Shown here one piece after another: positions 13,355-24,725 of a stretch of 64,000 nt of DNA (positions are counted from its first letter, which is position 1; each line of letters starts with the position of its first letter). The position numbers and the translations under genes were made by a program. The notes beneath the pieces are model-generated. The model worked only from the letters and a program-made list of their open reading frames with translations. It did not search any database and was not told the origin of the DNA. This DNA comes from Raja brachyura (Eukaryota), in NCBI GenBank assembly GCA_963514005.1, contig OY740782.1, forward strand, positions 151,032,001 to 151,096,000, written 5' to 3'.

Positions 13355-14491
13355 AAAGCTAATGGCATGTTGGCCTTCATGGCGAGAGGATTTGAGTTTA
13401 GGAGGTTCTACTGCAGTTGTACAGAGCCCTGGTGAGACTGCACCTGGAGTATTGTGTGCCATTTTGATCCCCTAATTTGAGAAGGACATTATTGCTATTG
13501 AGTGAGTGCAGCGTAGGTTCAACGTGTTAATTCCCAGGATGATGGGACTGACGTATGATGAAAGACTGCATCGACTGGACTTGTATTCGCTGGAATTTGG
13601 TAGGATGAGAGGGGATCTTATAGAAACATATAAAATTATTAGGGCATTGGACAGGGTAGATGCAAGCATGATGGTCCCGATGTTGTGGGAGTCCAAAACC
13701 AGGGTCACAGTTTAAGATTAAGGGATAGGCCATTTCGGACTGAGATGAGGAAAAAGATGAGGTGTGAATCTGTGGGATTCTCTGCCAGAGGAGGCAGTGG
13801 AGGCCAAGTCACTGGATGTTTTCAAGAGAAAGTTAGATTTAGCTCTTAGCGCTAACGAATTCTAGGGATATGGGGAAAATGCTGGTACTGATTTTGAATG
13901 ATCTGCAATGATCATATTGAATGGTGGTACTGGCTCGAAGGGCCGAATGGCCGACTCCTGCACCTAATTTCTATGTTTCTAACCTGTAATCTGAGATCGA
14001 ACGGCCCACTCATGCAATTTATCTGTAACCTTTTGTCTGCCCATGTAATATCAAATTCATTTTAATTCGGTAACATATCGATCATCTTCCCCATTTCTTC
14101 TACAAGACTATAGTCCATTAAATCAAAGTGGGGAAAACTAAATGAACTTTATTAACGCCTCACACTTCCCTCTAATTGTTTGTGTTTATGTGGCTCTGCA
14201 GAGATAGTCCTTATTATCATAAGAATGCGCATTGAATAAATGATAAAATGACTAATAGTGTAAGGAATGAATGCATTTAAGATTCTGCCGAATCAGAATA
14301 TCCCCCCTCTTCCACATTTTCTGTGGCCGACGACAAAACATTTCATTATGAATGATGGGCAAGAGCTCACCATGTAACCGAAAGGAAACACCTGTGTCGG
14401 CCGTGCTGCTAAATTGATCAGGCACTTTCAAACTGCTGCTCAAACACTGAAAACTCTGATGGTGAATAACAACTAACAAAATAAAAAACTA

Positions 14492-14534
14492 CCTAGCAAC
14501 AGATCTCGCAAATTCCAGCTACCAATCTTATTGG
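14492..14534 (+). promoter_or_regulatory. X1-Y (RFX/NF-Y) module resembling MHC class II promoters
   Basis: CCTAGCAACAGAT (14492-14504) then ATTGG (14530-14534); inverted copy at 12763-12805. Confidence 0.5.
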
Positions 14535-15609
14535 TTACATGCTGCATCATTTTGGTTAAACTGTCAGGAGTACACATTGTGATCATGTAAATCCCGGCTG
14601 CTGTGTTTGATTGGGATTAGCTTTCACGTGTACAGTGGGATCAATCTCTTAGATTCTGTATGGAATCTGTTTAGAGATTATCTGACACAGAGTTATCAGG
14701 TAGTTCATATAGTGGGTATGATTGCTAGTCACGCACCACACAGATAGTGACCTGAGCAAAACAGAGTAAAATACCGAATGGATGCTCATTATCTTCCAGT
14801 TTAGCGAAGGCCAGAGGTGTCCACATTGTTTCCCTTTGCACACTGAAGCCGAGTACATGAAGTGAACGCTTCTGCGTGAAGGTCACTGGGTGATATAATG
14901 TAGGCGTGTGTGAAAATGTAAAACATATCTGGGATGATCAGTGGGGTCTGGATTCCATGTACTTTAGCCAGAGCACACAGACGTTTTACAAATCGACCAA
15001 TGCTGCGATCCATGTGTTCCCCGCGTATTGTATATTTCACTTTGTTTCAGCAAATTAATGCACCGCAATGCAACAAAATCAATGATTCAATGATTCAATA
15101 TTTGATTGCCACGTGCACCTAGGAATAGTGACATTCTTTATGTTTGCATACAATCTAGTAAAATCCCACAGCAGACCTCACCTAAGCAGTGCACAAAGAG
15201 TCGCCATGTTTCTGCCGCCGTGAAAGTTACAAAATGTCTATCGAACAAACACCAATGATGACAGTTCAGTCAAAAGTCAATTTCTTTGCACCTATAGAAT
15301 CCGTCCGTGAATTAACCATTTACCCATTTAACCTTAGCTGTGATTAACCATTTAATCACAGCTAAGCAATATCGGTATATCCGCTGGAGTCACTCCGCGG
15401 GCAATGACACCACCGGTAAATACATGGTGGTTATCTCCATAAACATTGTTCGTTCCAATTCTACAAGGGCAGAGGGATGTACTGCTAATATACTGAGCAA
15501 AGCCCTCGCGACTGTTTTTTCTACAAATATTATAGGGGAGGGTAATCCTTGACCAGACCCAATGACAAAGTTCACTTGGCTCTTTCGCATGAAATACATA
15601 GGGACAGAC

Positions 15610-16980
15610 TAATCTTCTGGAATCCTTTGAGGATGTAACAAGTAGAATGGATAAGGGAGAGCCTTTAAGATGGAACTGCAGATGCTGGAAAGTCGAAGGT
15701 AGACAAAAGTGCTGGAGAAACTCAGCGAGTGCAGCAGCATCTAAGGAGCGAAGGAAATAGGCAATGTTTCGGGCAGAAACCCTTCTTCAGACTGAAGGGA
15801 AAGCCAGTATCTGGACTTTCAAAAAGGCCCCACATTAGTGTGCAGAATTGGAGCACATGGTATTGGTGGTAGGGTATTGACACGGATGGAGAACTGAAAG
15901 AAAGCAAAGAGTAGGAATTGACGGGTCCTTTACAGAATGGCAGGGAGGGAGTTGTGGGTTGCCACAAGGCAGTGCTGGAACCCCATTTATTTACAATATA
16001 TATTAACGAATTAGACGATGGGAATTGAATGTAACATCTCCAAGTTTACGGATGACAAAGGTAGGTGGCAGAGTGAACTGAGAGGAAGATGCTATGAGCC
16101 TGCAGGGTGACTTGGATGGGTTGGGTGAGTGGGCAGATAGATGCATGGCAGATGCAGTATAATGTGGATAAATGTGCGGTTATCCACTTTGGTGTCAAGA
16201 TCACGAAGGCAGATATATTATCTGAATGGTGTCAGATTAGGAAAAGGGTAGGTGCAACAGAACCTGGGTGTGCTTGTACATCAGTCACTGAAAGTAAGCA
16301 TGCAGGTACAGCAGGCAGTGAAGAAAGCGAATGGCATGTTGGCCTTCATTGCGAGAGAATGTGAGATTAGGAGCAAGGAGGTCCTACTGCAGTTGTACAG
16401 AGCCCTAATGAGACCACACCTGGAGTTTTGTGTGCAGTTTTGGTCTCCTAATTTAAGGAAGGACATTCTTGTTATTGAGAGGGTGCAGCGTAGGTTCCCC
16501 AGATTAATTCCTAGGATGGCGGGACTGACATATGATGAAAGAATGGGTCAACTGGGCTTGTATTCACTGGAATTTGGAAGGATGAGAGGGGATCTTGTAG
16601 AAATATATACAATTCTTAAGGGATTGGGGAGGCTAGATGCAGAAAAAATGTCCCCTTTGTTTGGGGAGTCCAGAACCAGGGGTCACAGTTTATGAATAGG
16701 GTATAGGCTATTTATTACTGAGATGAGGAAAACCTGTTTCACCCAGAGAATTGTGAATCTGTGGACATCTCTGCCACAGAAGGCAGTGGAGGCCAATTAA
16801 TTGGATGTTTTCAAGAGAATATTAGATTTAGCCCCGATGGCTAACGGAATCAAGGGATATGGGGAAGAAGCAGGGACGGGGTACTGATTGTGGATGATCA
16901 GCCACGATCATGTTGAATGGCGGTGCTGACTCGAAAGGCCAAATGTCCTAGTCCTGCACCTATTGTCTATGTTTCAATGT
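15610..16980 (+). mobile_element. Old CR1 RT/3' fragment with a Penelope-derived insert at ~15665-15794
   Basis: ORF 16252-16695 CR1 C-terminal region; insert flanked by AAGGGA(G/A)AGCC. Confidence 0.85.
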
Positions 16981-18009
16981 TTCTCAGCCTCATCACGCAC
17001 AACCAGGCCAAGATCATCATGGGTCAGCTTCAGGCTACTTTACTTCCATCCGATAACTGAATGCACATATTACATGTTGATACAAGTCTCCCGCCTGACA
17101 CTATCCTCAGCCTTTCAGGCAGAACATGGTTTCCTTCACATTGACATTCGGGTATTGACAGTTCTGGGAGACGTGGCGAGGTTTATTAAAGAGTGAGTTG
17201 GTATGGAGAGAGCGCTGGGTCAAGGAACTCCCCTCTCCCCATTCCAGCCTTCGGAATGTTTGCACAAACTACCAGTTCTGGATTTCTTTACCTGAAGGGA
17301 ACGTGGATATAATCTCCATTATATTATCAAATGACGAGCAGAAAACCATCTGAAACATTCACCATGCTTTTGAATCGGTTGAAGATTTGCATGGTGCACG
17401 GCCTAATGCTGTACTGCGTTGGTCGGGACAATTAGATGCTGTTTCTGTCTGTCAGTGTTCTAATCTGGGACTTCTATTTCTGAGATTATTTACATCAATG
17501 CGTCGGTCACGTCCAGCTGCGCTCACATCTAAAATAAACACAAAAAACAATGTTCCTCAATGTGTTTTTCGCAACTGACCAGAGGGATTCCTTTCTGGCT
17601 ACTGGCAGCAATAGTAAAATGACCTGAGATTTCCCAGACAGGATTATCAGGTTTTATTTTGTGCAAAGGGGACTTCCCTGCAATACGATGGCAGAGAATA
17701 ACGCGGCGTTTGTGTGAGGGCAATGCAAGTGTGCGACACCACTTCTGGAGAGCAGGCTGCTCTTCCACAATGTCCATTTGCAAGAGGATTGAAACCATTT
17801 GAACTCAGCACCTTTCATCTTGACCAAAGGACACTCGGACTGACCCAAACATGCCGCATTATTTAACGTCCACAGATTTAACTGCAAAACGTTTACATTT
17901 CAAGATTGAAAATTGAAACATTTCAGATTGGGTCACAATATGTACTTTCCACAGTCTCAATGTCCTAAATAACCCCACAGCCACTCCGAGCTTTAAAAAT
18001 GCTTCCCTG

Positions 18010-19055
18010 GTCAGAATTTACCATATATATTAATGATTTGGAAGAGGGAATTAGGAGGAACACTAGCAAGTTTGCGGATGACACAAAGCTGGGTGGCAGT
18101 GTGAACTGTGAAGAGGATGTTAGGAGGTTGCAGGGTGAGCTGGACAGGTTGAGTGAGTGGGCAGATGCGTGGCAGATGCAGTATAATATAGATAAATGTG
18201 AGGTTACCCACTTTGGGGGAAAAAACAAGGGGGCAGATTATTATCTCAATGGGGTTAGGTTAGGTAAGGGGGAGGTGCAGCGAGACCTGGGTGTCCTTGT
18301 ACACCAGTCACTGAAAGTTGGCTTACAGGTACAGCAGGCAGTGAAGAAAGCTAATGGAATGTTGGCCTTCATAACAAGAGGATTTCAGTATAGGAGTAAA
18401 GAGGTTCTTCTGCAGTTGTATAGGGCTCTGGTGAGACCACATCTGGAGTATTCTGTACAGTTTTGGTCTCCTAATTTGAGGGAGGACATCCTTGTGATTG
18501 AGGCAGTGCAGCGTAGGTTCACGAGATTGATCCCTGAGATGGCGGGACTGTCATATGAGGAAAGATTGAAAAGACGAGGCTTGTATTCACTGGAGTTTAG
18601 AAGGATGAGGGGGGATCTTATAGAAACATATAAAATTATAAAAGGACTGGACAAGCTAGATGCAGGAAAAATGTTCCCAATGTTGGGCGAGTCCAGGACC
18701 AGGGGCCACAGTCTTAGAATAAAGGGGAGGTCATTTAAGACTGAGGTGAGAAAAAACGTTTTCACCCAGAGAGTTGTGAATTTATGGAATTCCCTACGAC
18801 AGACGGCAGTGGAGGCCAAATCGCTGGATGGATTTAAGAGAGAGTTAGGTACTCTAGCAGCGAGTGGAATCAAGGGATATGGGGAGAAGGCAGGCACGTG
18901 TTATTGATAGGGGACGATCAGCCATGATCACAATGAATGGCGGTGCTGGCTCGAAGGGCTGAATGGCCTCCTCCTGCACCTATTTTCTGTGTTTCTACTG
19001 AGTTGGATGATCAGCCATGCTCACAATGAATGGCGGTGCTGGCTCGAAGGGCCGA
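18010..19055 (+). mobile_element. Young 5'-truncated CR1 with a partial second 3' UTR
   Basis: Open 302-aa frame with FADDTKLGG through GYGEKAG. Confidence 0.93.
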
Positions 19056-19893
19056 ATAGAAACATAGAAAATAGGTGCAGGAGTAGGCCATTCGGCCCTT
19101 CGAGCCTGCACCGCCATTCAATATGATCATGGCTGATCATCCAACTCAGTATCCCTTACCTGCCTTCTCTCCATACCCCCTGATCCCTTTAGCCTCAAGG
19201 GCCACATCTAACTCGCTCTTAAATATAGCCAATGAATTGCCCTCAACTACCTTCTGTGGCAGAGAATTCCACAGACTCACCACTCTCTGTGTGAAAAATG
19301 TCTTTCTCATCTCGGTCTTAAAAGATTTCCCCCTTATCCTTAAACTGTGACCCCTTGTCCTGGACTTCCCCAACATCGGGAACAATCTTCCTGCATCTAG
19401 CCTGTCCAACCCCTTAAGAATTTTGTTAGTTTCTATAAGATCCCCCCTCAATCTTTTAAATTCTAGCGGGTACAAGCCCAGTCTATCCAATCTTTCTTTA
19501 TATGAAAGTCCTGACATCCCAGGAATCAGTCTGGTGAAACTTCTCTGTATTCCCTCTATGGCAAGAATGTCTTTCCTCAGATTTGGAGACCAAAACTGTA
19601 CGCAATACTCCAGGTGTGGTCTCACCAAGACCCTGTGCAACTGCAGTAGAACCTCCCTGCTCCTATACTCAAATCCTTTTGCTATGAATGCTAACATACC
19701 ATTTGCTTTCTTCACTGCCTGCTGCACCTGCATGCCTACTTTCAATGACTGGTGTACCATGACACCCAGGTCTCGTTGTATCTCCCCTCTTCCTAATCGG
19801 CCACCATTCAAATAATTGTTTACTTTCCTTTCTTTGCCACCAAAGTGGATAACCTCACATTTATCCACATTATACTGCATCTGTGATGCATTT
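19056..19893 (-). mobile_element. CR1 3' fragment, tail-to-tail with the previous copy
   Basis: ORF 19146-19961. Confidence 0.92.
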
Positions 19894-20166
19894 GCAGAGA
19901 AAACATGACATACATATTTAAAATGCATAAGTATAAATACAAGTATACAGTCCCTGTACATAAACTCGCAATAGGCCTATAGTCCTCTATTGATTGCTAC
20001 ACGCTCTTGCAGCTGTAAGCAGTACAACAGAATAGCAAGTTTAGCAATTCAATATTAATTTCTTAGTGTCAGTTAATCTCAATTAGTGTGTGCGTGCATA
20101 TTGGTCATTCACCGTCTCTCAGGTTATGGCATGCTGTAATGTATTGTGCACCAAGATGGGCCGTAT

Positions 20167-20800
20167 TTCTCTCTCTCTTCCCTTCTCTCTCTCTCTTCCC
20201 TTCTATCTCCCTCCCTTCTCTCTCTCTCTCTCTCTCTCTTCCCTTCTCTCTCTCTCCCTCCNNNNNNNNNNNNNNNNNNNNNNNNNNNNNNNNNNNNNNN
20301 NNNNNNNNNNNNNNNNNNNNNNNNNNNNNNNNNNNNNNNNNNNNNNNNNNNNNNNNNNNNNNNNNNNNNNNNNNNNNNNNNNNNNNNNNNNNNNNNNNNN
20401 NNNNNNNNNNNNTCCTCTCGCTCTCTCTCTCCCTCCTCTCGCTCCCTTCCTTNNNNNNNNNNNNNNNNNNNNNNNNNNNNNNNNNNNNNNNNNNNNNNNN
20501 NNNNNNNNNNNNNNNNNNNNNNNNNNNNNNNNNNNNNNNNNNNNNNNNNNNNNNNNNNNNNNNNNNNNNNNNNNNNNNNNNNNNNNNNNNNNNNNNNNNN
20601 NNNNNNNNNNNNNNNNNNNNNNNNNNNNNNNNNNNNNNNNNNNNNNNNNNNNNNNNNNNNNNNNNNNNNNNNNNNNNNNNNNNNNNNNNNNNNNNNNNNN
20701 NNNNNNNNNNNNNNNNNNNNNNNNNNNNNNNNNNNNNNNNNNNNNNNNNNNNNNNNNNNNNNNNNNNNNNNNNNNNNNNNNNNNNNNNNNNNNNNCTCCT
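20167..20800. repeat. (CT)-rich microsatellite with assembly gaps
   Basis: CT runs flanking N blocks. Confidence 0.9.
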
Positions 20801-21089
20801 CGGGGAGACGCGGTGATCTATACAGGGAGGGCCGGGCCACTGATACTAGCCAGTGCCTCCCGAGCCATTGACCTCACCGCACGTCACTGATGACAGTAGC
20901 ATCTAGATATGTGAGGAATGGAGAGATATAGCACACGTGCGACCAGAAACGATGAGCTTTAGGTGGCGCCGTGTTCGGCAAGGATATTAAGGGCCGACGC
21001 GCTTGTTCCCATGTTGTACTGTTCTACGTTGCCACAAGTGAACATGTCAAAATGTCGATAGTTTAGTACAATGTGTTTCACAACCTTAC

Positions 21090-21620
21090 ACCAATCCACC
21101 TTGGCCTACGTGATATCCCGGTTGCTAAACACTTTAACTCCCCCCCATTCCCACACAGAGCTCTGTCCTGGGCCCCTCTACTGTCAGAGTGAGGCCCAAC
21201 GAACATTGGAGGAACAGCGCCTCATATTTCGCTCGGGCAGCTTACACCCCAGCGGTTGTAAATATTGATTTCATGAACTTCAAGTAACGCTTGCTTTTCC
21301 TCTCACTCTGTCCCTCCCTATCCTAGTTTTCCGATGTTTCACTGTCCTGATTAATTTCACTGCTTGTATGCTTTCTTGTCAGCTTCCCCTCAGCCAACAA
21401 TTAACCATTCTACATTCCCTTAGCATCGTTTGCTTTGATATGCCATTTTCACACCTTGCCCTTCCATACCTCTAAACTGTCTCTTCCCCTGACTACCAGA
21501 CCTAAGAAGGATCCCGACCCCAAACGTCTCCCATTTGTTCAGTCCGGAGATGATGCCTGTCCCACTGCGTTATTCCAGGAATTATTGCCGGTGTAAATCA
21601 GAACTTGCAGTTCCTTCATT
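21090..21620 (+). mobile_element. Penelope-like element 3' fragment (GIY-YIG C-terminus and terminal repeat)
   Basis: PVAKHFNSPPHSHT...CQSEAQRTLEEQRLIFRSGSLHPSG...NIDF; degenerate hammerhead at ~21500-21528. Confidence 0.8.
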
Positions 21621-21671
21621 GACAAATCCATGCCTCGGTTAAGTTAAAATCAGCATTGTTTCAGGTGATTA

Positions 21672-24660
21672 GACATAGAAACATAGACAATAGGTTCAGG
21701 AGGAGGCCATTCGGCCCTTCGAGCCAGCACCACCATTCATTGTGATCATGGCTGATTGTCCCCAATCAATAACCCGTGCCTGCCTTCTCCCCATATCCCT
21801 GATTCCACTAGCCCCTAGAGCTCTATCTAAATCTCTCTTAAATCCATCCAGTGATTTGGCCTCAACTGCCCTCTGTGGCAGGGAATTCCACAAATTCACA
21901 ACTCTCTGGGTGAAAAAGTTTTTTCTCACCTCAGTCTTAAATGACCTCCCCTTTATTCTAAGACTGTGGCCACTGGTTCTGGACTCACCCGACATTGGGA
22001 ACATTTTTCCTGCATCCAGCTTGTCCAGTCCTTTTATAATTGTATATGTTTCTATAAGATCTATAGATCTTATAAACTCTACACTCCTTCTGCAGAGTCC
22101 CTGCTTTCTCCACACTGCCTGCCCCTCCATCTATTTCCGTATAGTATCTAATCTTGGCCACAAAACCTTCAATCCCCTCATTCAAATCATTAATATACAA
22201 CGTGAAGAGTAGCGGCCCCCAGCACCGAGCCCTGCGGAACTCCGCTAGTCACTGGCAACCGGCCAGAAAAAGCCCCTTAATTGCCACTCATTGTCTTCTG
22301 CCATCCCTCCAACCTCCTAGACATGCGAGTATCTGCCCTTTGATATCGTGGTCTCTCAGTAGCAGCCTCACGTGTGGCACCTTATCAAAGGCGTTCTGAA
22401 AATCTAAGAATAATATCTATTGACTGTCTATCTTTGTCTGTCCTGCTAAATACTTCTTCAAAGACTTTCAGCAAATTTGACAAGCAAGATCTCCCCTTCA
22501 CAACGCCATGCTGACCGGCCGATTTTGTCGTCAACTTCAAAGTACTCTGTGAACTCATCCTTTATAATGGACTCTAAAATCTGACCAAACACTGAAGTGA
22601 GACTAATCGGCCTACAGTTCCCACTATTCTGCTTTGCTTCCTTCATGTGCATCGGGGTAATATTGGCAATTTTCCAATCATCTGGGACCTCTCCTGACTC
22701 TAGTGATTCCTGAAATATCACTATCAGCGCCTCCACAATCTCTAAAGCCAACACTTTTATAACACTTCGAGGATGCAGTCCGTCCGTTGCAGGTGACATC
22801 CACCTTCAGCCCTGTCAGCTTCCCAAGCACCTTCTCCAAAGTACTCAGCATTGGCGCTCTTTGTATAAATTACTGGGGTCCTATATTTAGTAAACAGTGC
22901 AGGCTACGGACGCTGTACATTTGGCGTTATGTCTGATATTAAGTTCATCAATTCATGTGAAGAGAGCAGAATTAGTCCATTCGGTACATCAGGTGTACTC
23001 CGCCAGTTAGTAATGGCTGATCTATCTCTATCTCCCAACCCCCCAATCGCCTGTCTTCTCCCCATAACTCCTTACATCCGTACTAATCGAGAATCTATCA
23101 ATCTCTTCCTAAATATAGCCATTCATTTGGCCTCCACAGCGTTAAGTGGCAAGGCATTCCACAGATGATCCACCCTGTAACTTACGAAAACCCTTCTCGT
23201 CTCCTTCCTCAAGGAACGTTCTTTAATTCTGAAGCTAGGACGTCTGTTCGTAAACTCTCCCACTGGTGGAAATATCTTCTCTCCATCAAATCTATCCAAG
23301 CCTTTCACTATTCGGCAACTTTCAATAGCCCCCTCCACACACATCCTTCTAAACACCAACGAGTACAGGCTCAGTGCCGTCAAACTATCATCATTTCTAT
23401 AACCCACTCATTCCCGGCATCATTCATGTAAACCTCCTGTGGACCTTCTCCATAGCCACCACACCCTTCCTCCGATATGGGGCCCGGAATTCCTCTAAAT
23501 GTGGCCTGACCAGCGCCTTATCGACCCTCAGCATTACATCGCTGCTTTTGTATTCTAGTCCTCTTGAAATAAATGTAGCAGAGTCCCTGTTTTCTCTACA
23601 CTAGCTGCCCCTGTAAATATTTCCGTATAATCTGCAAACTTGGCCACAAATCCTTCCATCCCCTCATCCAAATCATTGATATACAATGTGAAGAGTAGCG
23701 GCCCCAACACCGATCACTGCGGAACTCCGCTAGTCACTGGCAGCCAACCAAAGAAAACTCTTTATTCCACTCATTGCCTTCTGCCATCCAGCCAAACTGC
23801 TCTCCATGCTACTATCTCCCCTTTGATACCACAAACACTCGTCTTCCTTCGCAGTCTCGCCTGTGACACTTTATCAAAGTCCTTCTGAAAATCTAGGTAA
23901 ACACCATTCACTGACTTTCCGTTTCAAAGAATTCCAGCAGATACGTCAGGCAAGATCTCCCCTTCACAAACCCATGCTGACTTTGGCCTATTTTGTCATG
24001 AACTCCGTAACCTCATCCTTTATAATGGACTCTTATAAAATCTTCTCATCCTTTACACAATCTTACCAAGCAGTGACGTCAGACTGACCGGCTTAACGTT
24101 TCCACCATTCTGCTTTGCTCCCTTCTTGTACAGCAGAGTACTATTGGCAATTTACCAATCATCCGGAACCGCTCCTGACTCTAGTGACTCTTGAAATATC
24201 ACTATTCATGCCCCCACAACCTTTAAAGCCACCTCTTTCAGAACCTTGGGTGCACTCCATCTGGCCCAGGTAACCTATTCACCTTCAGATCTTTCACTTT
24301 CCCAAGCATATTCTTACTAATAGCCACTTGACTAACTTCCACCTCCTGACTCTCTTGAATTTCAGGCATGTTCTGTGGTCTCCCAGTGTGAAGACTGATG
24401 CAAAAAAAGTTATTCATTCTTCTGCCATTTCTTTATTCCCCATTATCACGTCTCCTCCACTATTCCAGCGGTCCAAAGTCCACTCTTGATTCTTTCTTAC
24501 TCTTTATATATCTGAAGAAACTCTTGCCATCCTATTTTATATTATTGGCAATCTTACCTTCGTATTTCACCTTTTCTCCCCATCTTGCCTTTTTATTTAT
24601 CTTCTGTTGTTCTTTAAAAGCTTCCCAATCCTCTGGCTTCCCACTAATCTTTGCAATGTT
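21672..24660 (-). mobile_element. Series of CR1 fragments (young 21672-22060; older 22070-22840 and 22960-24660)
   Basis: Reverse-strand RT motifs (DGLHPR, DWKIANITP, KAFDKVP). Confidence 0.85.
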
Positions 24661-24675
24661 ATCTACCTTCTATTG

Positions 24676-24725
24676 GGAGGGGGAGGGGGAGGGGGGAGGG
24701 GGAGGGGGGAGGGGGAGGGGGGGGG
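24676..24725 (+). repeat. (GGGGGA)n tract, G-quadruplex-capable
   Basis: Repeated G4-G6 runs separated by single A. Confidence 0.85.

Larger units (their letters stand above)
12085..13980 (+). mobile_element. Old deleted CR1 with nested inserts (12654-13109, 13264-13354)
   Basis: PQGSLLGP..FTIYINDLD; [11 protein letters not shown]; 3' UTR. Confidence 0.85.

Noticed and set aside
14790-15050. MHC alpha1/beta1-like exon downstream of the X-Y module
   Set aside because: Frames have stops and I could not match diagnostic residues by eye; left for a database search.
20088-20890. Long ORFs of 238-266 aa, and similar ones near 50050, 51300 and 63100
   Set aside because: They run through N gaps and microsatellites.
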